Source: the human T2T-CHM13v2.0 reference genome, Homo sapiens. From it: a stretch of 64,000 nt of DNA. Each line of letters opens with the position of its first letter. The first letter of the stretch is position 1. The notes under the pieces are model-generated. The model was given only the letters and a program-made list of their open reading frames with translations. It made no database searches and was not told the DNA's origin. Positions 15,435 to 35,561 of the stretch are shown here, piece by piece. Position numbers and translations under genes: made by a program. Location: NCBI RefSeq assembly GCF_009914755.1, contig NC_060948.1; one strand, given 5' to 3'.

Positions 15435-15625
15435 TTGATTGTGAGGTCTCCCCAGCCATGTGGAACTGTGAGTCCATTAAACTGTTTTTTCTTTCTTTAT
15501 AAATTAACCAGTCTTTATTATAAATTATTATATATAAAAAATTATTATATATAAAAAATTATAAATTTTTCTTTCTTTATAAATTAACTAATCTTTATTA
15601 GCAGTGCGAGAACAGACTAATACAC
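15435..15625 (+). mobile_element. THE1/MST LTR 3' fragment with AT-rich expansion
   Basis: tgattgtgaggtctccccagccatgtggaactgtgagtccattaa...gagaacagactaataca. Confidence 0.8.
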
Positions 15626-15697
15626 CAGGTAAGTATGTAGAGAATTATCCATGAATCCTTATATCCCGAAATAATTACTGCGTGCCCCCAACCCTGA

Positions 15698-16448
<751 letters not shown>

Positions 16449-17169
16449 AGACCTCATATTTTATGGGGACAGCACAACAGACCCTAACTATCCTTCAGAG
16501 TTCCACTCTGCGTCCAGGAATACATAGTGATGACAAGCTTGGGCACCTGCCTGAGCGCCAGAGACTTGGAACTCCATCAATTCCAGACCGCTTTGTGCTC
16601 TAAAATTCAGAATCCAATGGCAAAACCATCATCACTGCCAGAAAGACACCTGGTGGAGTCATAAGCCTCACACTCATTTTTCTCCTCCTCTCATTTCTAT
16701 TCATAGATCATCCCCAGGGTGGGATTGAAATCCACATTCTCCACAATCTGGATTTTTTCCAAGTCATCATTTATTAGCAGCATCTTGTGAAATCTCCTCC
16801 TAAGAAAGCAGATACGGTAAGAGTCACAATCTCTTAACGAATTTATCTGTAAGTCTCCGAGGAGTTCATTTTCTCCCTTTGCCTCTGATCCGGTTCATAT
16901 GGCGCAATCATCTTGTCCGCTGTGTGGCCATTCGAGCCGTCCACAGGAAGGGGCAGCTAAGTTCATTTAACTGTGACTCCCCGTTAAGGCTGCAGTAGCC
17001 CCATGTGCTCTGGTCCCGGCCAAGGCGTGGCGAGCTACCGCCCCATGCCCGCCGGACACAGAAGGAAAATCAAGCAGGGGAGGTGCCTGTCTGATGGTGG
17101 CGGCTCCTTCCTCACGGCCACTGCCCTCCTACCAGCCCGGTTCAGCCTGTCCTCCCCTCTCCTACTGCT

Positions 17170-17730
17170 TCTCTCTCATCCCTTTCCCTGTCTCTTTCTG
17201 TGTCTTCCTTCTCTCTCTCTTTTCTCTGTCTCTCTGTCTCTCTCTCTCTTTCTCCCCTGCTCCCAGTCTCTCTCTCTGTCTCCTTCCCTCTCAGTCCCTC
17301 TCTGTCTCCCTGTCTGCCTCGGTCTCTCTGTCTATGTCCCCCCTCTGTCTCTGTCACTGCCTCTGTCTCTCTGTCTCTGTCCCCTCTCTGCCTCTCTGTC
17401 TCTATCTCTGTCTCTGTCTCTGTCTCTCTCTGTCTCTGTCTCTCTTCTCTGCCTCCGTCTCTCTGCCTCTCTCTGTCTCTCTCTCTGCCTCTGTCTCTCT
17501 CTCTGCTTCTCTCTGTCTCTGCCTCCCTCTCTGTCTCTCTGCTTGTCTCTCTGTCTCTGTCTCCCTCTCTGCCTGTCTCTGTCTGTCCCTATCTCTGTCA
17601 CTCTGTCTCTGTCTCCCTGTCTCTCTGTCTCTGCCTCCCTGTCTCTCTGCTTGTCTCTCTGTCTCTGTCTCCCTCTCTGTCTCTCTGTCTCTCCCTCTCT
17701 GTCTCTGCCTCCCTCTCTGTCTCTCTTTTT
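17170..17730. repeat. (TCTG/TC)n pyrimidine-rich simple repeat
   Basis: tctctgtctc arrays. Confidence 0.93.
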
Positions 17731-18439
17731 CCTGCTGCAATTTCACATTCTCCACGAGTCACTGGCGTCCTGGACTTCCCATGAGAGAATGTCTGAGGCC
17801 GGCAGAATGAAATGCTGGGACGGACACAGCTTCATCCGTGCCTAACGAACAGCTGTCAGCGTCGCGCTGAAATCCTCCCGTGTCCGTGCCGGCTGCATTT
17901 GAGTCCCATCATTTCCTCGAGCAAATATTAAAGAATCAAGATTGCATTGTATCATCGCTGCGTGCCTTTTCTCTGAATGTCTGAGATTGTGACTAGAGGC
18001 ATTTGAATACAAGGATGACTGCTGGCAGAGGGGTACATCACAGGTCATCTCATGATTTGGCAGCATTCAGTCACGTATCCTTGATTGCTAAGTGACCAGA
18101 GGCTGGGCTGGGCTGGCTTTTAAATGGTGGTCATTTTTGAGTTATTACTGGAAGCTGAAGGATTTGGTTTAAATAGGCAGCTGCTTTAAAATAGATTTGT
18201 TTCAGAGAAACCCCAATAGAATTCATTTAACGTTTCCATCAAATGATCATAGTCATTACCCGAATGATTGTAATTCTCCCGGGAAAGCTGTTCCTTTTTC
18301 TTCTGGAAAATCAGAATATACCAAAATGGTCAGTACCTTGCTATTTTCGTGGCAATGACTAAAACCTGGACTGATGTTGCTAACCCTTTATTTTTCCATG
18401 ATTACGATTTCCATCATTAGGTACCTGTCTTACCTCCCT

Positions 18440-19330
<891 letters not shown>

Positions 19331-19439
19331 TGAAAAGAAAGATGATAGCTAAGAGAGTGTGTTCACGTTGCATTGATTTATATGATTCTCATCACCTTGA
19401 GTATATATTATCCTGATAAGACAATTATCATAATTCCTT

Positions 19440-20292
19440 GTATTACTATTCTCACACTGCCGTAACAAAATATCAGAGACTGGGAGGGTTAAACAGCAGA
19501 CATTGATTCTCCCACAGTCCTGGAGGCTGGAAGTCCGAGATCAAGATGTGAGCTGGGCTGATTCCTCCTGAGGCCGCTCTCCTTGGCTTGTAGATGACGT
19601 CTTCCCCTGTGTCTTCAAAGGGTCGCCCCTTTATGTGTGTCTGTGTCCTCGTCTCCTTTTCTTATGAGGTGTCTTAGTCCATCTCAGGCTGCTATCACAG
19701 AATACCATAGACTGGGTGGCTTAGAAACAACAGACATTGATTCTCCCACAGCCCTGGAGGCTGGACGTCCAAGATCAAGGTGTGGGCAGGGCTGGTTCCT
19801 CCTGAGGACTCTCTCCTGGGCTTGGAGATGCCGTCTTCTCCCTGTGCCCTCACAGGGTCGTCCCTCTGTGTGTGTCTGTGTCCCCATCTCCTCTCCTTAT
19901 GAGATGGCTTAGTCCATCTCAGGCTGCTGTCACAGAATACCAGAGGCTGGGTGGCTTATAAACAGCAGACATTGATTCTCCCACAGTCCTGGAGGCTGGA
20001 AGTCTGAGATCCAGGTGTGGGCAGGGCTGGTTCCTCCTGAGGCCTCTCTCCTGGGCTTGGAGACACCATCTTCTCCCTGTGTCCTCACAGGGTCTCCCCT
20101 CTGTGTGTGTCTGTGTCCTCATGTCCTCTTCTTATAAGGACCCCAGTCCTATTGGATAAGGGCCCACCCTACTGACCTCATTTTACCTTAATCCCCTCTT
20201 TAAACACCCCAACTCCAAACACAGTCACATCTTGAGGTCCTGGGGGTCAGGGGTTCAACCTAGGAATTTAGTGAGACACAGTTCCGTTCATA
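19440..20292 (-). mobile_element. MLT1-derived tandem array, about 3 x 235 bp (STIR-like)
   Basis: cagacattgattctcccacagtcctggaggctggaagtc... recurs near 19497, 19731 and 19966, then the LTR end. Confidence 0.85.
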
Positions 20293-20831
20293 ATACTCAT
20301 CTTTTCCCGAGAAAGGAAAAACTTCCAAAGATGAAAATGACTTCTGCAAGGACACACAACCCAGGCGGGCCTGGCGTTGAAAGCCAGGTCCAAGAAGCTG
20401 ACCAGCTTCAAGGTCAATGACTTCCTCTTGCGCTGGAAAGGATTCCTGTCAAGCCACCTCTTTCCTGAGCAAAGAGCTTGGAAATCCACATGTGGAAATT
20501 GCATTTTTATTACAGACTCTCCACCAGGGTGTAGATGTCCAATGAGAATGCAAAAGCATGGTCTGCCGTTATCATCAATCCAGCCTCGGCTGTCTTGGAA
20601 TTCACGCCGTGCCTCTGGGCCACGCATTGGCTTATGTATCCAGCAATTCTTTATGGAATGCCTACTTGAGCTAGGCGCAGGGGCGCTGAAGGTGACTAAA
20701 CTAGGTGGTTCAGGGAGACACACTGGGAAGAAAGGGAATGGATTAACCGTAGGTACCCAAGTCATTGAGGTTTCAGCATCTCCTGCAGAGGAATCAAGGG
20801 GACACTGAATGCATAAAAACAGACGATAATC

Positions 20832-21170
20832 GGCCGGGCGTGATGGCTCACGCCTGTCCTCCCGGCACTTTGGGAGGCTGAGGCGGTCAGTCAGATCACC
20901 TGAGGTCAGGAGTTTGAGACCAGCCTGGCCAACATGGTGAAACCCTGTCTCTACCAAAAATACAAATGTCAGCCGGGCGTGGTGGTGGGCGCCTGTAATC
21001 CCACCTACTCGGGAGGCTGAGGCAGGAGAATCGCTTGAACCCTGGAGGCAGAGGTTGTGGTGACTTGAGATAGCCCATTGCACTCCAGCCTGGCAACAGA
21101 GCGAGACTCCGTCTAAAACACAAAACAAAACAAAAACTCACGAAAAAAACAACAAAGAACAAGAACAAAA
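20832..21170 (+). mobile_element. Alu with (CAAAA)n tail
   Basis: Complete dimer. Confidence 0.92.
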
Positions 21171-21508
21171 ACAAATGGTAAATGTAGGTACCCAAGTCAT
21201 TGAGGTTTCAGCATGTCCTGCAGAGGAATCAGGGAGATCCCAGATGCTTGAAAACAGAGGATAATTAATAAATAGGCTACGTATCATGTCCCTGGGCACT
21301 CAGCCACAATGCACCTGCTTTCATCTATGCATTGGGTTATCACACCTGACTGTCAGGAGTGCTGGATTGTGGGCTATGAGAATTGATCCCCAGCGAGGCA
21401 CGAGTCAAATCCAACCTCTGACTCATCAACCCTATTCCAGCATGTTCTCACTGAGCCTGATTATGCCAGGTGAGGCCAGAGGGTAGAGAGAAAAAGGTGA
21501 GCCCTTCT

Positions 21509-23531
<2,023 letters not shown>

Positions 23532-23590
23532 CTCTTCCTCATTTCTATTGAATTGATTTCTGTAAATGTTCAAGAGCATTTCACAAATAA

Positions 23591-25807
<2,217 letters not shown>

Positions 25808-26964
25808 GACACTGTTTTTGAAAGCATCACACGATGTCTTTTGAAAATGTTTTGGAATCATTTCCTGAGATACTTTTCCCTCCATCTCATTTTCTTTGGA
25901 CTGGATGAAATCCTCACCCTCTCTGCAAGATAAATTTGAATTTTTGGCATGAGAAAACCCAGAGGTCTTTCTTTGCGGGGGGAGTAAATTCTGAAGACTG
26001 TTTTGCTCATTGCAATATCAGGAATCAGCTTGCAGACTGCTCCTCACGCCTCTATGCATGCTCTCCTGGCTCTCCGCAAAGTCGGCAGCAGAGTGGTATT
26101 TGGGCATGGGTCAGCCGACTTATGTAAATATATTACCACTGAGCATTTCATCCATCTGCTAGGATCAGCCCTACCCTTTCTCAGCACTCTGCGGATTTAG
26201 TCTAAAGAGCTTGCAGAACTGCTTGGTATCATCAAGAAGAGCTTGCTCTCCGACAGGAGCCATCTTTATGCTCCAAACCTGACTGCCTGTAATAACTGGC
26301 AGCTTATTGTGTCGAAAAAACCATCCTGAGGCAGGGACTGTGTTCTGAAGATGAGTGGTCTTTGCAGAGCAGGATTTGGTCAGCCACATGCAAGGATGAT
26401 GGCGTAGGAAGACGGGAAAGGCTGAAACTCAGTAATACCTACCTAGAGTTTGGAGTGGCCACACTGCCAGCCGGCGAGCTGTCTAATGATGATTCACCAT
26501 CTCCCTTTCCCGGAGCTTTGCAGGACGATGGCTTGAGAGCTTTCATAACTCATTTAGCCGTGATGATTAATTTGGAACGAGGGATAAAGGTTGTCTCAGG
26601 CCAAAGATTGCCTGCCTTCCTTCACTGACTCAACCCTGATCCGAGATGGAAAATGTGCATTTTAGGACAACACTAAATTTTTAATGCTTTTTAATAGCTC
26701 TTTGCGAGATTACTCAGGGTGAGCTGGAGCTTTGCAAACAAACGCTTATCCCCGTACACTATGTTTACCTGGCGCAATCGGATGCCTTTCATTCAGGACT
26801 GTCCTTGAAGGTCACTGCCTCTATCCTTTCCAGCAGGGATGAAAAGCAAATCAGATTACAGAAATGGCTGAGCTGCCTTTGGAGGTAGTTGTAATAGAGG
26901 GTTTAGGGTGTGTACCGATGTAAGAGCTTGGGGGTTATTTGCAAGCTACATGGAGCTTGAATGT

Positions 26965-27290
26965 TGTATCAGGATTAGGCTTGGCTGACACGGAAACCCT
27001 AAAACAACAGTGCTTTAAAGCAACAGAAGTTTGTTCCTCTCTTACGTAAAGGTGACCCTGAGGTACACGGTCCAGGGCTGGCATTGTGCCTTTGTGTCAC
27101 ACAGTCCTCAAAAATAAGGCTCATCTTCTTTCCTTGCTTTCCCTCCCCTAGGTCATATTCTCTTTGTCCTCATGATCCAAGACGGTAGCTCTCACACTCC
27201 AGGAAGCACGTGCAGGAAGGAGAGAAGAGAAAGAGGGAAAAAGGCAAATCACGTATGATTTTGAAAGAAAGTTTCTGGTATGTGGCAGCA
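26965..27290. mobile_element. Degenerate old MLT1-like fragment
   Basis: tgtatcagg...aaaacaacagtgctttaaagcaacagaagtttgttcctctc. Confidence 0.4.
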
Positions 27291-27349
27291 GCAGTGGGTA
27301 CAGAAAGAAAGAAAAAGGTTTAGCATTTCTAAGGAGTGGGTAGGAGTGG

Positions 27350-28480
27350 TGTCATTAATTTTAAGCTCTGTGGCCTTGGGAAAGGCTCAACTTCTGTGAA
27401 CCCAAGTTTTGTCTTCCGTAACATGACGACGATGATGGTGATGGTGATGGTGATGACGATGATGGTGATGATGATGGTAATGATGATGGTGATGATGGTG
27501 ATGGTGATAATAGTGATAGTGAGGATGATGATGCTGCTGATGTAATGATGGTGATGATGATGATGGTGATGATATGATGGTGATGATGATGATAATGCTG
27601 ACAGTGATGATGTGATGTGATGATGATAATGGTGATGATGTGATGGTGATGATAGTGATGGTGATGATGGTGATGGTGAGGATGCTGATGGTGATGACGG
27701 TGATGGTGATGATGTGATGGTGATGATAGTGATGGTGATGATGGTGATGATGATGATGGAGATGAGGATGATGGTGATGATGGTGATAATGGTGATAATG
27801 ATGACAGTGATGATGTGATGGTGATGATGATGATAGGGTGAAAATGTGATGATGATGATGGTGATGATATGGTGATGGTGATGGTGATGATAGTGATGTA
27901 TGGTGATGGTGATGGTGATGATAGTGATGGTGATAATGGTGATAATGATGATGGTGATGATGTGATGGTGATGATGATAACGGTGATGATGTGATGGTCA
28001 TGATAATGATGGTGATGATGGTGATGGCAATGATCATGATGATGATAATAGTGGCGATGATGATGGTGATGATGATGGTGATAGTGATGATGGTGATGGT
28101 GATGACAGTGATGGTGTTGATGGTGATAATGATGGTGATGATGTGATGGTCATGATAATGATGTTGATGATGGTGATAGCAATGATCATGATGATGATAA
28201 TAGTGGCAATGATGATGGTGATGATAATGGTGATGGTAGTGATGATGGTGATGATGATGATGCTGATGGAGATAATGGTGATGGTGGTGATAATGATGAT
28301 GATGGTGATGGTGATGACAATGGTGATGGAAATGATGGTGATAGTGATAATGGTGATGGTGGTAATGATGATGATGAGGGTGGTAATAATGTCACCTGCC
28401 CCACAGAACTGTTAGAAGAGACAAATGAGCTAAATTATACAGTTTCTTGAAAATCATAATGTGTTATACAAACAATAATT
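27350..28480. mobile_element. MIR fragment split by a simple-repeat expansion
   Basis: agctctgtggccttgggaaagg...ttttgtcttccgtaa before; aataatgtcacctgccccacag...caaatgag after. Confidence 0.55.
27422..28390. repeat. (TGA/TGG)n degenerate trinucleotide repeat, about 970 bp
   Basis: gatgatggtgat arrays; source of poly-M/V and poly-H ORFs. Confidence 0.95.
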
Positions 28481-29596
28481 GTTGTTCTAGTGAGCCACTT
28501 CTGGTGAAAATCTCTTTTCTCTTGAAGGTTCACATTGCAAAATAACTACTTCAATTAATTAGATAGGGATTATTTATTATTTATGCATTTGTTTCTTTGT
28601 GTGTATGTACCTGTACAAGTGGATGCATTTGTCTATCAAGACAGATATATGAATAGATACCCACTGGATTTTACAATGGAGATTTAAAAACACTCTTTAG
28701 TAAAGACTAACAATTTTTGTTTTTCCAAACTTTCTCCTCACACTAGATAGGCTTGGTTGCAATTTTATGCCATATCCTTATTATTTATTCCATATGCCCA
28801 TTGCACCTTGGATGTGAAGTAGTCATTTCCGTCTCCCTGGTACTTGGCTCTGTGTCTGACACCTACGAGGTGCTCTGCAAAAGTGTCGAGTTGAATTAAA
28901 TTCTGCAATAATGTTAATGAGCCAGATCGAGGTGATGGGTGTGGGAGAGCCGGATATGGCAAGGTGAAAGAGAGAGGGCGGAAAAATAGAACAAACAACA
29001 GAGAAATAAATGAGGTAGAAAAAGGTCACAGCAATAACCTGAGAGAGAGAGAGAGAGAAAAAAGAAGAAGCACAGACAACCACATTGGGTCTTTCCTACC
29101 CATCCATCTAATTTATCAGCAGGTCCCCAATCTGCCCATGTCTCACCACTGCACCTCTGTCCTCACCCTGGCCCAAGTTGCAATAATTTCTCCCTGAACA
29201 ACCAATATAGTTTTTATCTATTCCTCCCATCACCTCCTTCCCCACTATAATCTAGGTAAAGTATCTCAACTGGGCTTCTCCCAGAAACAGACCCTGGGTT
29301 AAGGATTGAGTAACGGAAAGGGTAGGGACACTGACCAGGGTAAGGGCTCTGGCCAGGGCAGGGGGTCAGGGGAAGGTTATACAGGGAAGGGCATACACCA
29401 ATGAGGGGTGAATTATTAAGCCAGCTCTACAGAGGGCACCTAGGACATAATCTTATTGTGATGCTCTGGGAAACAGCATAAAACACCCACCTGGGAATTA
29501 TCCTAGCAGAGGGGTGAGGGAGCTGGGGTGTTGATACTCTATATCCATCAGTAACTGGTGGAGAATGTGACTCTCCTGCACTTTCAGTTTGGCACT

Positions 29597-29889
29597 TGAT
29601 ATGGTTTGGATTGTGTCCCCACCCAAATGTCATGTCAAATTGTGATTCTCCAGTGATGGAGGAGAGGTCTGGTGGGAGGTGATTAGATCATGGGGAAAGA
29701 TTTCTTCCTTGCTCTTCTCATGATAGTGAGTGAGTTCTGATGAGATCTTGTTGTTTAAAAGTGTGTAGCACTTCCCCCTTTGCTCTCTTCCTCCTGCTCG
29801 TGCCATGTAAGACGTGCATGCCTCCCTCCTCTTTGCCTTCTGCCATAATTGTATGTTTCCTGAGGCCTCCCCAGTCATGCTTACTGTAT

Positions 29890-29890
<1 letters not shown>
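29597..29890 (+). mobile_element. MST (MaLR) LTR, 3'-truncated
   Basis: tgatatggtttggattgtgtccccacccaaat...tttcctgaggcctccccag. Confidence 0.85.
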
Positions 29891-30720
<830 letters not shown>

Positions 30721-30929
30721 TTCAGCAGGATGGGGAGCTGAAAAGGGGATGAAATGGGAAGATAGTCTTCTCTTGTAGTTTTATTTGACTTTGTGCCAAG
30801 ATAAAAGGACAAGGGAGAAAAGCCAGAAAGCAGCACACAGCAGCTTTTGTCTCAGCTTCTGACAACCTCCCAGCAATGCAGCACTCAGCCAGGATGCAGA
30901 GAGCAATGTATAAAGAATTAGACAGCCTA

Positions 30930-31310
30930 ACATATATACCATGGAATACTATGCAGCCATAAAAAAGGATGAGTTAATGTTCTTTGCAGGGACATGGATG
31001 ATGCTGGAAACCATCATTCTCAGCAAACTAACACAAGAACAGAAAACCAAACACCACATGTTCTCACTCATGAGTGGGAGCTGAACAATGAGAACACATG
31101 GACACAGGGAGGGAACATCACACACTGGGGGCCTGTCAGGGGGTGAGGGGCTAGGGGAGGGAGAGCATTAGGAGAAATACGTAAGGTAGATGATGGGTTG
31201 ATGGATGCAGCAAACCACCATGGCACACACATACCTATGTAACAAACCTGCACGTTCTGCACTGTATACCAGAACTTAAAGTATAATAATTTTTTAAAAA
31301 GTTAAAAAAA
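30930..31310 (+). mobile_element. 5'-truncated L1PA 3' end with TSD
   Basis: atggaatactatgcagccataaaaaaggatgag...; TSD aaagaattagaca at about 30912 and 31310. Confidence 0.92.
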
Positions 31311-31567
31311 AAGAATTAGACAACTTATTGAAACACTTCTGCCCTGTCCCCTGCCATGCCTTGCCAAATTTATAGCTTCCCATTGTGAAGTTTTATCAGC
31401 ATGAATTTGTAAAGTAATTGAGCAGGGTGCCCCAAAAAGACTTTTGAGAACCTCAAAGTTGTAGTTATTAAAAATTACTCAGTCATGTCTGGAAGGAGCC
31501 GCCTTCATGCTTATGAATATTTTGGGTGGCATCAGGATTTCTTTAGAAAGGGACTCTTAAATCCTTC

Positions 31568-32172
31568 TGTATGACTTTTCTGGGACTTTCCTAAAAATCG
31601 TGTTCACAAAATGAGTAGTTTCAAACAATAGAGATTCATCCTCTCCCAGTTCTGGAGACCAGGAGTCTGAGATCAAGGTGTCTCAGGACCACACACCCTC
31701 CGGAGGCTCTAAGGAAACCTGCCTCTTCCCACTCCTGGGGGCTCCAGGCATCCCAGGGCTTGTGGCCGCATCACTCCAGTCTCTGCCTCCACCTCCATGT
31801 GGCCTCCTCCTCTGTGTCTGTGTCTCCTCTTCTGTCTTAGAAAGACACCTGTCATTGCATTTAGGGCCCACCCTACTCCAGGACGATCTCATCTCCAGAT
31901 CCTTAACTAACTGCATCTGCAAAGACCTTATTTCCAAATACGGTTCCATTCACAGGTTCTGGAGAACAGGACATCAACATATTTTGGGGGTCGCCATTCA
32001 GTTCCCTCTGGAGGCTCTAGGGGAGGATACTTCTGCATTCAGGACCCATTCTAACCCAAGATGATCTCATCTCAACTAATTCCATCAGCTATGACCCTAT
32101 TTCCAAATAAGATCTCATTCTGAGGTTCTGGGTGGATGTCAATTTGGGAGAAATACTCTTCAACCCACTATA
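31568..32172 (-). mobile_element. MLT1 LTR with partial tandem duplication (same type as 6990-8080)
   Basis: ctcctgggggctccaggcatccc...gatctcatctc...ttccaaata occurs twice. Confidence 0.8.
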
Positions 32173-32359
32173 CCTTCCAATGCTGACTAACGTCTGTATT
32201 TAAATAAACTCTGCAATTATCTCAGAAGACTTCCAGAAAGAAACACATGGTGAGTAACATCTATATTTACATAAACTCTGCAGTTATCTCAGAAGACTTC
32301 CAGAAACACAGGGGGAGCATGACACCAAACCCAGAAGGCTTAAATGAAAACAGGGATTA

Positions 32360-32668
32360 GGCCGGTCGCCGTGGCTCACGCCTGTCATCCCACCACTTTG
32401 GGAGGCCGAGGCAGGTGGATCACCTGAGGTCAGGAGTTCGACACCAGCCTGAACAACATGGCGAAACCCCGTCTCTACTGAAAATACAAAAATTAGCCAG
32501 CTTTGGTGGCATCCGCCTGTAGTCCCAGCTATTCGGGAGGCTGAGGCAGGAGAATTGGTTGAACCCAGGAGGCGGAGGTTGCAGAGAGCCAAGATCTTGT
32601 TACTGCACTCCAGCCTGGGCAACCCAGCAAGACTCCGTCTTAGAAAAAAAACAAAAACAAAAAACAAA
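32360..32668 (+). mobile_element. Alu
   Basis: Complete dimer. Confidence 0.92.
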
Positions 32669-33290
32669 GTCACTGAGTGGATTAGGTGAGTTCATATACG
32701 GAATGCATGTGTACAGCAGCTCCAGATGCTCGCCAAGGACTATATACGGGACTGTTGGGACTGCTACCACCACTAATACAGCCATTGCTATAGTTACTAT
32801 TACTTCAACAATTAGTACTACCACCACTGCCAGGACTATTGCTACTACCAGTTCTACTATGCTACTTCTGCAATTAATGCTCTTACTACAGCTCGTCAAC
32901 TACCTCATTACTAAAGCCACTGCTAGAACTATTGCTTCCTTTTCTCACGGGGGACTGACTTTCATTTGCAATTCCCTGAGGCTTCACGCTCAGCAAAGGG
33001 TCCCCGCACCGACTCACCTGCTCCGCTTGCATCCCTGGCTCAGGAGCAAATGGCCTCCCAGTGGTCCCAAGTGCAGCCCCCTCCCTCCTGGGCCTCAGCC
33101 TTATGTAGACTCAGGCGAGGGCATTTGAAGAAGGGACCTCAGTTGATTCTCTGTTGCAGGACGCCCAAGACGAAGAGAGCACAGACATAGCACGACAGCC
33201 GGAAATAGCCTTTCATAGCCCCTAAATGTGCAGGGCTGGACACAAGTTAGGAATCTGCTTTTCCACTAAGTAGCTTGTGGAATGCACCTC

Positions 33291-34713
33291 TGTGTGTGTG
33301 TGTGTGTGTGTGTCTTCCTGTCTCTTTCTCTCTCTGCCTCTCTCTTCCTCCCTCTTTCTCCCACTCTCTCTTTCTCCCACTCTCTCTGATTTCCTCTATC
33401 CCTCTTCTCTCTCTCCTCCTAGTCTTCCTCTCTCTCAGTCCTCTGCCTCTCTCTCTTCCTGGCTTTCTGTCTCTCCTCCTCCCTCTCTCTCTTTCTTCCT
33501 CCCTCTCTGCCTTTCTTCCTCTCTCTCTCTCTCTCCCTTCCTCTCTCTCTTCCTCCCTCCCTCTCTGTCTCTCTCTCACTCTCTTCTCTCTCCCTCTTCC
33601 TGTTTCTCTTCCTCCCTCTCTCTTCCTCCGTCTCTTCCTCTCTCTCTCCTTCCTTTTCTTCCTCTGTCTCTTCGTCTCTTTCCTTCTCTTTCTTCCTCTC
33701 TTCCTCTCTCTGTCTCTCTCTCCCCCTTCCTCTCTTTCTCCCTCCCTCTCTGTCTCTCTCATTCTCTTCTTCTCTCTTTTGCCCTTTTCTCTCTTCCTCT
33801 GTCTCTTCCTCCCTCTCTCTTCCTCTCTCCCTCTCCTTCCCTCTCTTTCTTCCTCTCTTCCTCTGTCTGTCTCTCCCTCTTCCTCTCTTCCTTCCTCCCT
33901 GTCTCTCTTTCTCTTCTCTCTCCCCCTCTTCCTGCCTCTCTTCCTCTCTCTTCCTCCCTCTTCCTCCCTCTCTTCCTCTCTCTTCCTCCTTCTCTGTCTT
34001 TCTTCCTCTCTTCCTCTCTCTGTCTCTCCCTCTTCCTCTCTCTCTTCCTTCCTCCCTCTGTCTCTCTCTCATTCTCTTCTTCTCTCTCCCCCTCTTCCTG
34101 CCTCTCTTCCTCTCTCTTCCTCCCTCTTCCTCCCTCTCTTCCTCTCTCTTCCTCCTTCTCTGTCTTTCTTCCTCTCTTCCTCTCTCTGTCTCTCCCTCTT
34201 CCTCTCTCTCTTCCTTCCTCCCTCTCTGTCTCTCTCTCATTCTCTTCTTCTCTCTCCCCCTCTTCCTGCCTCTCTTCCTCTCTCTTCCTCCCTCTCTTCC
34301 TTCTTCCCTCTCTGTCTCTCTCTCATTCTCTTCTTCTCTCTCCCCCCTTCCTGCCTCTCTTCCTCTCTCTTCCTCCTTCTCTGTCTTTCTTCCTCTCTCT
34401 GTCTCTGTCTCCCTATTCTCTTTCTTTCTCCTTCTGTCTCTCTCTCATTCTCTTCTCTCTCTTCCCCTTCCTGTCTCTCTTCCTCCCTCTCTCTCCTTCC
34501 CTCTCTGCCTTTCTTCCTCTCTCTCTCTCCCTCTTCCTCTCTTTCTCCGTCCCTCTCTCTCTCATTCTCTTCTTCCCTCTCTTCCCCTTACTGTCTTCTT
34601 GTCTGTCTTCCTCCCTCTCTCTTCCTTTATCTTTCTTTCTCCCTTCCTCTCTTCCTTTCTTCCTCTCTTCCTCTGTCTCTCTCTCCTCCCTCCTCTCTCT
34701 TCCTCTCTCTCCT

Positions 34714-34744
<31 letters not shown>

Positions 34745-34767
34745 GACACACACACACACACACACAC
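33291..34767. repeat. About 1.4-kb polypyrimidine (CT/CTT) tract bounded by (TG)n on the left and (CA)n on the right
   Basis: Almost purine-free + strand from 33314 to 34727. Confidence 0.95.
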
Positions 34768-35561
34768 TCCCCAGGACTGTATTCACCCATGCTTTTTAAA
34801 ACAGAATCAATTCCAGACATATTCTGATAGAATGTCAAACAAGAAAGAAATAAAGAAGTGTTTATGCTGAGATTTAAAAACAACACCAGCAGCAACGACA
34901 GAACCTATACCGTTTTGACTTCATTCCAACCACAAGAAATGACACAGCAATACTGAGTAGCCAACTACTGATAGGAACTAACCGGAACAAAATATAAGTG
35001 ATAAACATTTCAGCAGATACATAAAATAATTCTCCAAATATCTCTTCTTAGGTAGGTCTCCTTCCCAACTGGACGTTACTCTTGGTAGCATATATCCACT
35101 GGGGAAATTTTAGAAAATATTTTAATTATTTATAAAGTCTCCCAGTTTAAACTGCAATGTGGCAAAAGACGTTCTTCCTAATTAGAGGGCCGTAGTCTAC
35201 GTAGGAAAAATATCAAACAAATTAAACTCATAGAGGTTTCATCTCTCAGAGAGGAATATGCACGTGATTTGGACGTATTTAGAAAATCCTATTAAAGATA
35301 TTTTGTTCCTGTTGTGTGGCTTGATAGAGCCGACGAGAGGGCTGAGCTAGCTATGCTCTGAGTTTTGCAAGACTTTTAACAATCATAACCTGTTTGACTT
35401 TCCGTGTTTCAGGCATGTTGAAGTGCCTGTTGACAATCAGCCCTCTTTACACTTTCCTAACCACTCTGAAGGCAGAAATCAACCATGACAAAAACGGTTT
35501 GATTTAGAGGATTAGACCATTCCACTCAAAATTCATTCACTTACTTAGAAAGTAGTTTCCT

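Noticed and set aside
27336-28415. Poly-His and poly-Met ORFs
   Set aside because: Trinucleotide-repeat artefacts
29318-29392. G-run cluster, possible G-quadruplex
   Set aside because: Irregular loops and common by chance; no functional context
33247-34870. 531- and 516-aa Leu/Ser/Pro ORFs
   Set aside because: Polypyrimidine sequence lacks stop codons by composition
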